DNA of 25,338 nucleotides from a virus: UHGV virus genome UHGV-0380352; one strand, 5' to 3'. Shown piece by piece: positions 1 to 7,561 of this stretch (position 1 is its first letter; each line of letters starts with the position of its first letter). The notes under the pieces were generated by a model. It saw only the letters and a program-made list of their open reading frames with translations, ran no database searches and was not told where the DNA came from. The position numbers and the translations under genes were made by a program.

Positions 1-51
1 GGTCATTGTCGGTTTATCTCCTTTTACTTGTGGTAATTGAGGGATAACAAC

Positions 52-83
52 AAAAAAGGTGAGTTTTGCGACTCACCTTTTTT
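52..83. terminator. Bidirectional rho-independent terminator downstream of mlaA
   Basis: Inverted repeat aggtgagt / actcacct (57-64 and 71-78) with a 6-nt loop, flanked by an A-run on one side and a T-run on the other, immediately 3' of the minus-strand mlaA stop at 93-95. Confidence 0.6.
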
Positions 84-92
84 ATTTGTTTC

Positions 93-848
93 TTATTCAG
101 AATCAATATCTTTTAAATCATCCTGAATCGCTTGTGCGTTCGGATTTTCCTGCGGTTTGAGTTCGCCGCCATTAGCGATGAAATCATGACGCTGGAAGTA
201 CGCTTCGCGCACCATAATATAAGGATCGGACGACTGACGCAGCAGACCATCGGAATCCAGCAGCTGAGCGCGGGTTTCGATCCCTTCAAGCGTCCATTTA
301 CCCACAGACATCGGCCAGGTCAGCCAGGAAAGAACCGGGTAAAGACCATCCGCCATATCACCACCGTCATCACGCAGCGTGAAGCTACCGTAGAACGGTA
401 ACTGAACGTAAGGCCCATAACCCACGCCATAATGACCAAGCGTACTACCGAAGCGGTGAGGTTCAGTCCGTTGCAGTTTCGGGTTCGCCATCCCTGCAAC
501 ATCAATAAAGCCGCCCATCCCCAAAATGGTGTTCAGGAAAAAGCGGGTAAAGTGGACCATCCCCTGATAAGGGTCGCCCTGCAAGAAGTAGTTAACCATC
601 ACCGCAGGTTCTTCAAGGTTGCCAGTAAAGTTGCTCAAACCATTACGCGCCGGTTGCGGAACATAATCACGCCAGGCGACAGCGACCGGTCGAACAATAT
701 ACGGGTCTAATACATTGAAGTTGAAGTTGTACATGGTGCGGTTGAACCCTTCTAACGGGTCAGAACGCCCTTGCTGATCTGTACCGGAACTCGCACACCC
801 CACCAGAAGCGTAGTTCCCAGAGCAAGCGCCGACAGGCGAAGCTTCAT
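93..848 (-). CDS. mlaA: Outer-membrane lipoprotein MlaA/VacJ (phospholipid asymmetry maintenance)
   Basis: 251-aa ORF whose N-terminus MKLRLSALALGTTLLVGCASS is a signal peptide with lipobox LLVGC; matches the E. coli VacJ/MlaA protein as I recall it; expected neighbour of yfdC and argW. Confidence 0.85.
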   Translation of the reverse strand: MKLRLSALALGTTLLVGCASSGTDQQGRSDPLEGFNRTMYNFNFNVLDPYIVRPVAVAWRDYVPQPARNGLSNFTGNLEEPAVMVNYFLQGDPYQGMVHFTRFFLNTILGMGGFIDVAGMANPKLQRTEPHRFGSTLGHYGVGYGPYVQLPFYGSFTLRDDGGDMADGLYPVLSWLTWPMSVGKWTLEGIETRAQLLDSDGLLRQSSDPYIMVREAYFQRHDFIANGGELKPQENPNAQAIQDDLKDIDSE

Positions 849-1141
849 AAATGTCTCCCTGTTTTTTTATGGCTTATGCAGTTTGCCATCCATGACGGAA
901 CGATACCGTATCCGCCTGTTTAGGTGTGGGCGATTGTAACAGCACGTCAACTGATGTCCAGACGCCCTGATTTGCTGATTTGATCATAGCCTGGTAATCG
1001 CCGCCCTGTAGGCTACTTGATTCTATAGAAACAGAAAAAGGCAAACGCAGCCTTTTCTACATTTTCAGAGTAACTCCCGTCAGTTGCGAGCAAAAAAGCC
1101 GCTACGCTTTAGCTATACGTGCTAATTCAAGAGAAGAGACC

Positions 1142-2074
1142 ATGGACAACGACAAAATTGATCAACACAGCGACGAAATTGAAGTTGAGAGCGAAGAAAA
1201 AGAGCGCGGCAAAAAAATAGAAATAGATGAAGACCGACTCCCCTCCCGGGCGATGGCAATTCATGAGCATATCCGCCAGGATGGTGAAAAAGAGCTGGAA
1301 CGCGACGCAATGGCGCTACTGTGGTCAGCCATTGCGGCGGGTCTGTCGATGGGCGCTTCGTTACTGGCAAAAGGGATATTTCAAGTCGAACTGGAAGGTG
1401 TGCCGGGCAGCTTCTTGCTGGAGAATCTCGGTTATACCTTTGGTTTTATTATCGTCATTATGGCCCGCCAGCAATTATTTACCGAAAATACCGTGACTGC
1501 GGTACTACCCGTCATGCAAAAACCGACAATGAGCAACGTCGGCTTACTTATACGGTTATGGGGCGTCGTGCTGCTGGGTAATATTCTCGGGACAGGTATT
1601 GCGGCGTGGGCATTTGAATATATGCCTATCTTCAATGAAGAAACTCGCGATGCATTTGTCAAAATCGGCATGGATGTGATGAAGAACACCCCCAGCGAGA
1701 TGTTTGCCAACGCGATCATTTCCGGCTGGCTGATCGCCACTATGGTTTGGATGTTTCCTGCAGCGGGTGCGGCAAAGATTGTGGTGATTATATTGATGAC
1801 CTGGCTTATTGCCCTGGGTGACACCACCCATATCGTGGTCGGTTCTGTTGAAATCCTCTATCTGGTGTTTAACGGTACGCTGCACTGGAGCGATTTCATC
1901 TGGCCCTTCGCACTACCTACTTTAGCGGGGAACATCTGCGGCGGCACCTTTATCTTCGCGTTAATGAGTCATGCACAGATTCGTAACGACATGAGCAATA
2001 AGCGTAAAGCAGAAGCACGCCAAAAAGCAGAACGTGCGGAAAACATTAAGAAAAATTATAAAAACCCGGCATAA
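1142..2074 (+). CDS. yfdC: Formate/nitrite transporter family inner membrane protein YfdC
   Basis: 310-aa ORF with an acidic N-terminal region followed by multiple hydrophobic helices; position between mlaA and argW matches the E. coli K-12 gene order mlaA-yfdC-argW. Confidence 0.8.
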   Translation: MDNDKIDQHSDEIEVESEEKERGKKIEIDEDRLPSRAMAIHEHIRQDGEKELERDAMALLWSAIAAGLSMGASLLAKGIFQVELEGVPGSFLLENLGYTFGFIIVIMARQQLFTENTVTAVLPVMQKPTMSNVGLLIRLWGVVLLGNILGTGIAAWAFEYMPIFNEETRDAFVKIGMDVMKNTPSEMFANAIISGWLIATMVWMFPAAGAAKIVVIILMTWLIALGDTTHIVVGSVEILYLVFNGTLHWSDFIWPFALPTLAGNICGGTFIFALMSHAQIRNDMSNKRKAEARQKAERAENIKKNYKNPA

Positions 2075-2109
2075 ATGGCGAGGGTTTAAGCAATCGAGCG
2101 GCAGCGTAC

Positions 2110-2138
2110 TTACCCCGCACTCCATTAGCGGGTATACT
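2110..2138 (+). promoter_or_regulatory. Candidate sigma70 promoter for argW
   Basis: TATACT -10 hexamer at 2133-2138, about 11 nt upstream of the tRNA 5' end, with a weak -35-like ttaccc at 2110-2115 (17-nt spacing). Sequence pattern only. Confidence 0.3.
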
Positions 2139-2149
2139 CATGCCGCATT

Positions 2150-2224
2150 GTCCTCTTAGTTAAATGGATATAACGAGCCCCTCCTAAGGGCTAATTGCAG
2201 GTTCGATTCCTGCAGGGGACACCA
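2150..2224 (+). tRNA. argW: tRNA-Arg (anticodon CCU) with encoded CCA; prophage integration target
   Basis: 75-nt sequence GTCCTCTTAGTTAAATGGATA...GGTTCGATTCCTGCAGGGGACACCA folds as a cloverleaf: 7-bp acceptor stem, anticodon loop CTCCTAA giving anticodon CCT, T-loop GGTTCGATTCC, 3' CCA. An integrase gene starts about 160 bp downstream. Confidence 0.9.
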
Positions 2225-2385
2225 TTTATCAGTTCGCTCCCATCCGTACCAGTCCGCAAAATCCCCTGAATATCAAGCCTTCCGTAGATTCACAGTTCGT
2301 AATGGTTCGCGTCAGATCGTTGACAGCCGCACTCCATGACGGGTAAAAAGTGGATAAAATAATTTTACCCACCGGATTTTTACCC

Positions 2386-3540
2386 ATGCTCACCGTTAAG
2401 CAGATTGAAGCAGCAAAGCCGAAAGAAAAACCATACCGTCTTCTCGATGGTAATGGCCTGTACCTTTATGTCCCTGTGTCAGGGAAAAAGGTATGGCAGC
2501 TTCGCTACAAGATTGACGGTAAGGAGAAAATCCTGACCGTAGGAAAATATCCGCTAATGACTTTGCAGGAGGCAAGGGATAAGGCATGGACTGCGAGGAA
2601 AGACATCTCGGTTGGCATCGATCCGGTAAAGGCGAAAAAGGCCTCGTCTAACAACAATTCCTTTAGTGCGATTTACAAGGAATGGTACGAGCACAAGAAG
2701 CAAGTCTGGTCAGTAGGCTATGCAACTGAACTTGCCAAAATGTTTGATGACGACATTTTACCTATCATCGGCGGCCTTGAAATTCAGGATATTGAGCCGA
2801 TGCAACTGCTGGAAGTAATCCGCAGATTTGAAGATCGCGGTGCAATGGAGCGAGCCAACAAAGCACGCAGAAGATGCGGCGAGGTTTTCCGTTACGCTAT
2901 TGTCACCGGAAGGGCTAAATATAACCCGGCTCCTGACCTTGCTGACGCCATGAAGGGATACCGCAAGAAGAACTTCCCGTTTCTTCCTGCAGACCAGATC
3001 CCGGCATTCAACAAAGCACTGGCAACATTTTCAGGAAGTATCGTATCGCTCATTGCCACCAAGATTTTACGCTACACAGCCCTCAGAACAAAAGAGCTTC
3101 GTTCCATGCAATGGAAGAACGTCGATTTTGAAAACAGGATTATCACCATCGACGCCAGTGTGATGAAGGGGCGAAAAATTCATGTGGTTCCTATGTCAGA
3201 CCAGGTGATTGAACTTCTCACTACGCTAAGCTCAATCACTAAACCAGTGTCAGAGTTTGTTTTTGCCGGGCGCAACGATAAGAAGAAGCCAATCTGCGAG
3301 AACGCGGTATTGCTTGTGATCAAACAAATTGGCTATGAAGGGCTGGAAAGCGGTCACGGATTCAGGCATGAATTCAGCACGATTATGAACGAGCACGAAT
3401 GGCCTGCTGATGCTATTGAAGTGCAACTGGCACATGCCAACGGCGGATCTGTGCGCGGTATTTACAACCATGCGCAGTATCTCGATAAGCGCAGAGAAAT
3501 GATGCAGTGGTGGGCAGACTGGCTTGATGAGAAGGTGTGA
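2386..3540 (+). CDS. intS: Phage tyrosine integrase, P4/IntS family
   Basis: ORF opens at GTG 2350, but the conserved integrase N-terminus MLTVKQIEAAKPKEKPYRL begins at ATG 2386. Contains the DUF4102-type N-terminal arm-binding region and C-terminal catalytic motifs (HGFRHEF box, later Tyr in IYNHAQY). Sits directly 3' of argW, as intS does in CPS-53. Confidence 0.85.
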   Translation: MLTVKQIEAAKPKEKPYRLLDGNGLYLYVPVSGKKVWQLRYKIDGKEKILTVGKYPLMTLQEARDKAWTARKDISVGIDPVKAKKASSNNNSFSAIYKEWYEHKKQVWSVGYATELAKMFDDDILPIIGGLEIQDIEPMQLLEVIRRFEDRGAMERANKARRRCGEVFRYAIVTGRAKYNPAPDLADAMKGYRKKNFPFLPADQIPAFNKALATFSGSIVSLIATKILRYTALRTKELRSMQWKNVDFENRIITIDASVMKGRKIHVVPMSDQVIELLTTLSSITKPVSEFVFAGRNDKKKPICENAVLLVIKQIGYEGLESGHGFRHEFSTIMNEHEWPADAIEVQLAHANGGSVRGIYNHAQYLDKRREMMQWWADWLDEKV

Positions 3541-3767
3541 AATGAATTATCATCATGAAGAATCGGTGACATTTCCGGATGCCTGTTTGCTCTAATTTTA
3601 ACCATGCATTACCTCTAGTGTAATCATGCTAATTTTGAGATGAATGATAAATTTAGTGATCTACGTCACTCTGAAAACCCTACAAATAGCTCTATGTTTA
3701 CCAATAGTATAGATTAGGGGGCCAGTCTAGGGGCATTATGGTCATTTCATCCTGATGAGGTTTTATT

Positions 3768-3965
3768 GTGATAAAAGTTGGAATTTCTACTATGCGGATT
3801 TTCGGTCCGATTGCTGTAATTTCTGGTTTTGCTATCTCTAGTGGGTTACTACCCATGCCTTCAAGCCTGTTCAGATATGCCATACTAACTGCAGATGTCA
3901 TGGTTGTAGCATTCTGGATCCTTGATGAAATTAACAATTTTAAAAATAACAAAACCAAAAATTAG
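3768..3965 (+). CDS. Hypothetical small hydrophobic protein (65 aa), GTG start
   Basis: GTG start 7 nt downstream of GAGG (3757-3760); two hydrophobic stretches (IFGPIAVISGFAISSGLL and VMVVAFWIL); AT-rich; same strand as and 35 bp upstream of the acyltransferase. No recognisable family. A minus-strand ORF (3698-3958) overlaps it, so coding status is uncertain. Confidence 0.3.
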   Translation: MIKVGISTMRIFGPIAVISGFAISSGLLPMPSSLFRYAILTADVMVVAFWILDEINNFKNNKTKN

Positions 3966-3999
3966 TTTATTAATTTAAATGTGTGTTCTGTTAATTTGA

Positions 4000-5163
4000 G
4001 TGAAACAAATGAATAACAAGTATCTTTTTGCACAATATTTAAGAGGGTTGGCTGCACTATCTGTCATGTTTGCGCATTTCGGGACGTCTTTTTTCAATGC
4101 TAACCCAATGCTCTCATCTTTCGTTAATGTTCCGCAAGTTGAAGACCGTTCTTACCCATGGCTTGTACAATTAGTGCCGGTTGACTTTCCTGGATTTATG
4201 GCTGTATTCGGCGTTGCAATATTTTTCATGATCAGCGGATTTGTTATCCCGATGTCAATTGAAAGATATAGTTTTACCACCTTCTTCTCTAAGCGTTTTT
4301 TCAGATTATTCCCTACTTACGCATTTGTTTTTACTCTTAACCTACTTGTTGCTGGCATAGGGTTTGCCATCTACCAAGGCAAAGGGGTTGAGTATGTTTA
4401 TAATTCTACAGACATAATTGGCTCGTATCTCATTGGATTAAATACTTACATTTCTGGAACTAGATGGCTAGACCCTGTCGCATGGACTCTGGGTGTGGAG
4501 ATATTATTTTATGTAGTAGCAGCTATCTATATGAATATCTCTTTCGCAATAAGAAAGGTTAAGGAAGTTAGTCTTTATGATGTCATTATACTGAGCGCTA
4601 TTCTTGATGTAGCGGCAATTAAACTTTCTAAATATTTTGATATAATCAGCAGCACATTCCCTTCCATAAATCTTGGCAGTGTCATTAAAGCTGTTTATCT
4701 GATTTCTTTCATGCTTCTTGGGACGACTTTCTTCCTTCATGCTAAAAAGAGAATTGGCTTACATGCACTAATTTACACCATCCTTATCCAGTATTTTGGA
4801 TTCGTTTATGTAAACATGCATATCCATCAAGCTGGCATGTATGTTGCAATAGTTCCTACTTTTAGCTGGTTTGCCATTACTATACTGGCATTTGCTCTCT
4901 GCTACTCAATAAACGATAAAATTAAAGAGCACAAGTTCGCTGGATTTATGGCTGACATTAGCTACCCGCTGTATCTTTGCCACTCATATATTGGCTATTT
5001 CTTGATGGGGGTAATTATAAGCTTTGGCATCTTGCCAAGATCGCTTGTTGTTTTCATACCATTTCCAGTGGCTATCGGCGTTGCATACCTCATACACAAA
5101 TACGTGGAAATGCCGACGCACAGAATGACTTTCTCAGGAATATTGAAACTCAAAAAGGCATAA
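4000..5163 (+). CDS. Integral-membrane acyltransferase, family 3 (O-antigen/polysaccharide O-acetyltransferase, Oac-like)
   Basis: 387-aa polytopic membrane protein with the hallmark Acyl_transf_3 motifs: N-terminal LRGLAALSVMFAHF (conserved Arg/His in TM1), FFMISGFVIP (FFxISGF) and RFFRLFPTY (RxxRLxP). Strongly AT-rich compared with flanking phage genes. Located between int and tailspike, where P22-like phages carry serotype-conversion genes. Confidence 0.8.
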   Translation: MKQMNNKYLFAQYLRGLAALSVMFAHFGTSFFNANPMLSSFVNVPQVEDRSYPWLVQLVPVDFPGFMAVFGVAIFFMISGFVIPMSIERYSFTTFFSKRFFRLFPTYAFVFTLNLLVAGIGFAIYQGKGVEYVYNSTDIIGSYLIGLNTYISGTRWLDPVAWTLGVEILFYVVAAIYMNISFAIRKVKEVSLYDVIILSAILDVAAIKLSKYFDIISSTFPSINLGSVIKAVYLISFMLLGTTFFLHAKKRIGLHALIYTILIQYFGFVYVNMHIHQAGMYVAIVPTFSWFAITILAFALCYSINDKIKEHKFAGFMADISYPLYLCHSYIGYFLMGVIISFGILPRSLVVFIPFPVAIGVAYLIHKYVEMPTHRMTFSGILKLKKA

Positions 5164-5165
5164 TT

Positions 5166-5188
5166 AAAGGGGCTTGCGCCCCTTTTTT
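5166..5188. terminator. Bidirectional rho-independent terminator between convergent acyltransferase and tailspike genes
   Basis: aaa-GGGGC-ttgc-GCCCC-tttttt: 5-bp GC stem (5169-5173 and 5178-5182) with A-run upstream and T-run downstream; sits exactly between the plus-strand stop at 5163 and the minus-strand stop at 5187-5189. Confidence 0.7.
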
Positions 5189-7397
5189 AGTATCCAACAG
5201 TCTGAACTGCCCCTGACCCAGATGAAGATGATTGAAGTTCCATGGTGTAATAACCATTAAGTGGCTCACCTTCCCAATCAAGGTTAATGCGTAATACATG
5301 GCCATATTTGGTTGCATTTGACTGGGCGATAAACCCTCCAGGCTTATCTATATCTCTCTGTGGCATCCCAGAATATACCTGATTTGCAGTATATGCCTTA
5401 TCAACAGCAGGAGCGCCAATAGAGGCGGTAATTTTAGGCCACGTTCCGGAGCTGTGCAGAACATCTACAGCATACCCGGTAAGCCCGGTTGATGTTCTCC
5501 TGATCAAACATTCAATATACCCACTCCCATGAGATCCGCCAATCGACTTGATAATCAGTTTTGCAGTACCGCAATCCCATGGATTTAAAGTCTGATCCCA
5601 ACATTCAGCCTTTAGGCCGCTAGGCATAGGAAAATCCACGCTGGTTAACACTGCCTCACCTGGCCATACTCCTCCCACAACTATTGGACTCGGTATCCTG
5701 ACACTCAATGTTTCTAAATATCCTCTTCCCCATCCATTATTTGTTTGTCTGGCAAGGTGCTCGTAAATTGGCCTTATTGTCAAAGCCTGAATAAACGCTG
5801 GCTTGGATGCTGACGCATCTGCTGCGTTATAAATACTGATAGTTTTCCATCCCCTACCAATCAGCGTACCAATACGCTTTTGCAAGGCATCAGAGTGATT
5901 ATTAGATCCACGATTTCGTGCTACAGTAACAGTGCTCTGAATTGCGTTATAGTTTGTTTGCACAAAACTATTTTGCTCGGCGAAAGCATAGTATGAAACC
6001 CCTATAGAGGGAGGGACCTCCTGTGGTTCAGAGAAGCAAAATGACAAATTAGATTCATCCAGCCAGCTACCAACAACATCAACTTCTGCTGCCTCTGCAT
6101 CAAGATAGAAACTGTATGACGTTCTAACATATTTTCCAGCATCAAACCCACCAATGATGCCTTGAAGCGTATATGTCTCGTAACCAAATCCCATTGTTAC
6201 ATTGTCAAAAGCATCAAAAAAACCAATCTGATCGCTCTGTTTGTATGGCCATACCGTTATTTCTGTAGATACTGGTCTATAAAACGGAAGCATTCCTCCG
6301 GCCATCATCATTGAACCAATTGCTTCAGCTATTCGTTGATATCCGACAGAGTTGAAGTGAATTGGATCTGATGCGATAGAACCATATGGGATATTGTATG
6401 GTATTTCATTTGCTTCGATATATGCACAACCATATACATGAGCTAAATTTCTGATTTCCTGCCCCCAAATTTGGAACTGTTGAATATTACCATGCTGCTC
6501 ATTACCACCTGCAACTGGCTGAAGAATAATAACCCCCATCCCCCAATCAATGAATCTACGAATGAACTTCTCCATATACGTTAAATACACGTCTATCGTG
6601 GTTGATGTAGAGTCATTTATCGCATACATAATAATTGCAACATCACAATTAGGATTATCCTGCCATGCTAAATATTCAAATCCTTGTTGTGCTGTCTGCC
6701 CGGATACTGCTCTAGTGATAGTTGTTACATTCCCACCGGTACAGATAGAAAGGTATCTTGCGAGCCTTTCTGGATAGGTTACATTAGCACGACGCGTTAA
6801 CCCTGTTCCGTTTGCATCTGTTGAGTTAGGATCCCAACCAAAAGTCTCACTATCTCCCTGACAAAGGATCGATAATCCAGACTTTTTACGAAGATTGAAG
6901 TGAGCCTTGGTAAGAGCATGAATATTTCTGTTTCTATAATCAGCGCTATCTGATGCCAAAGTAGCGTTGCCAAGATTTGTAATGTGCTCTTGAACAGTCT
7001 TCCCATCATCAGTTCCGATTAATAAAGATCCTCCTGATCCAGACAGTTCCTGTCGCAGTTGATCTGGATCATATTTAATTACATTAGGGTAATAAAATTG
7101 CAAACCACCAACAGCATCATACACCGCCATCGAATGGCCTTTCACAGTAACAAACTTGGCAATCTGTCCGTTATATACAGGGTAACCAGCAGCGTTAATG
7201 ATGATTGGTTGCGAAACAGGAACGTGAGAACCATCCTCATTATCCACATAAACCTGAATCTGGTTTTCAGGATTTACAGGGTCAGTGTCAATTTTACCGA
7301 TATAAATTTTGCCATTGGCTACGGCTTTAAAAGAACGCGCCATAGTGAAGAGTTGCGAAGGCATACTCACTACAACATTGGCTGTAATGTCTGTCAT
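5187..7397 (-). CDS. Tailspike protein: P22-type head-binding N-domain fused to an SGNH/GDSL esterase-type domain and a C-terminal domain of unknown fold
   Basis: 736 aa. Residues 1-110 ([40 protein letters not shown]...) match the conserved head-binding domain of P22/Sf6/HK620 tailspikes. Residues about 175-350 carry all four SGNH blocks in canonical order and spacing: GDSET (Ser183), SGQ (Gly233), AINDS (Asn261), DPIH (Asp344/His347). RBS GGAGC 7 nt upstream of the ATG. Last gene of the late operon. Confidence 0.85.
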   Translation of the reverse strand: MTDITANVVVSMPSQLFTMARSFKAVANGKIYIGKIDTDPVNPENQIQVYVDNEDGSHVPVSQPIIINAAGYPVYNGQIAKFVTVKGHSMAVYDAVGGLQFYYPNVIKYDPDQLRQELSGSGGSLLIGTDDGKTVQEHITNLGNATLASDSADYRNRNIHALTKAHFNLRKKSGLSILCQGDSETFGWDPNSTDANGTGLTRRANVTYPERLARYLSICTGGNVTTITRAVSGQTAQQGFEYLAWQDNPNCDVAIIMYAINDSTSTTIDVYLTYMEKFIRRFIDWGMGVIILQPVAGGNEQHGNIQQFQIWGQEIRNLAHVYGCAYIEANEIPYNIPYGSIASDPIHFNSVGYQRIAEAIGSMMMAGGMLPFYRPVSTEITVWPYKQSDQIGFFDAFDNVTMGFGYETYTLQGIIGGFDAGKYVRTSYSFYLDAEAAEVDVVGSWLDESNLSFCFSEPQEVPPSIGVSYYAFAEQNSFVQTNYNAIQSTVTVARNRGSNNHSDALQKRIGTLIGRGWKTISIYNAADASASKPAFIQALTIRPIYEHLARQTNNGWGRGYLETLSVRIPSPIVVGGVWPGEAVLTSVDFPMPSGLKAECWDQTLNPWDCGTAKLIIKSIGGSHGSGYIECLIRRTSTGLTGYAVDVLHSSGTWPKITASIGAPAVDKAYTANQVYSGMPQRDIDKPGGFIAQSNATKYGHVLRINLDWEGEPLNGYYTMELQSSSSGSGAVQTVGY

Positions 7398-7561
7398 TTA
7401 ATTTGCTCCGGACGTAGCAACGCCGAACAAGATGCAACTTGCCCGACATTGCATTAATGTAAGTTATGATGTGTTAACTATGAGATGAGTCTATGCAAAA
7501 AGATCTGTTGAATATTACGTTCTACATATTTGGTTTTTGCACGTTCCTGGTGTTTGCGAAG

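Noticed and set aside
132-710. Plus-strand ORFs 132-401 and 432-710 (89 and 92 aa)
   Set aside because: Entirely antisense to and nested in the well-supported mlaA gene; no start context or recognisable motifs.
1122-1885. Several ORFs of 82-131 aa on both strands overlapping yfdC
   Set aside because: Alternative frames or antisense of the yfdC membrane protein gene; spurious.
2350-2385. Upstream GTG start extending the integrase by 12 codons (396 aa)
   Set aside because: The conserved integrase N-terminus starts at the Met of MLTVKQIEAAKP (2386); the extension is probably not translated, though this cannot be proven from sequence.
3690-3720. Candidate promoter (tttacc ... tatagat) upstream of the AT-rich cargo ORFs
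   Set aside because: AT-rich DNA produces many chance -10-like hexamers; no matching -35 at correct spacing could be fixed by eye.
3698-3958. Minus-strand 86-aa ORF overlapping the small plus-strand ORF
   Set aside because: No ribosome-binding site and opposite to the local transcription direction of the acyltransferase; kept only as an alternative strand under the small-ORF finding.
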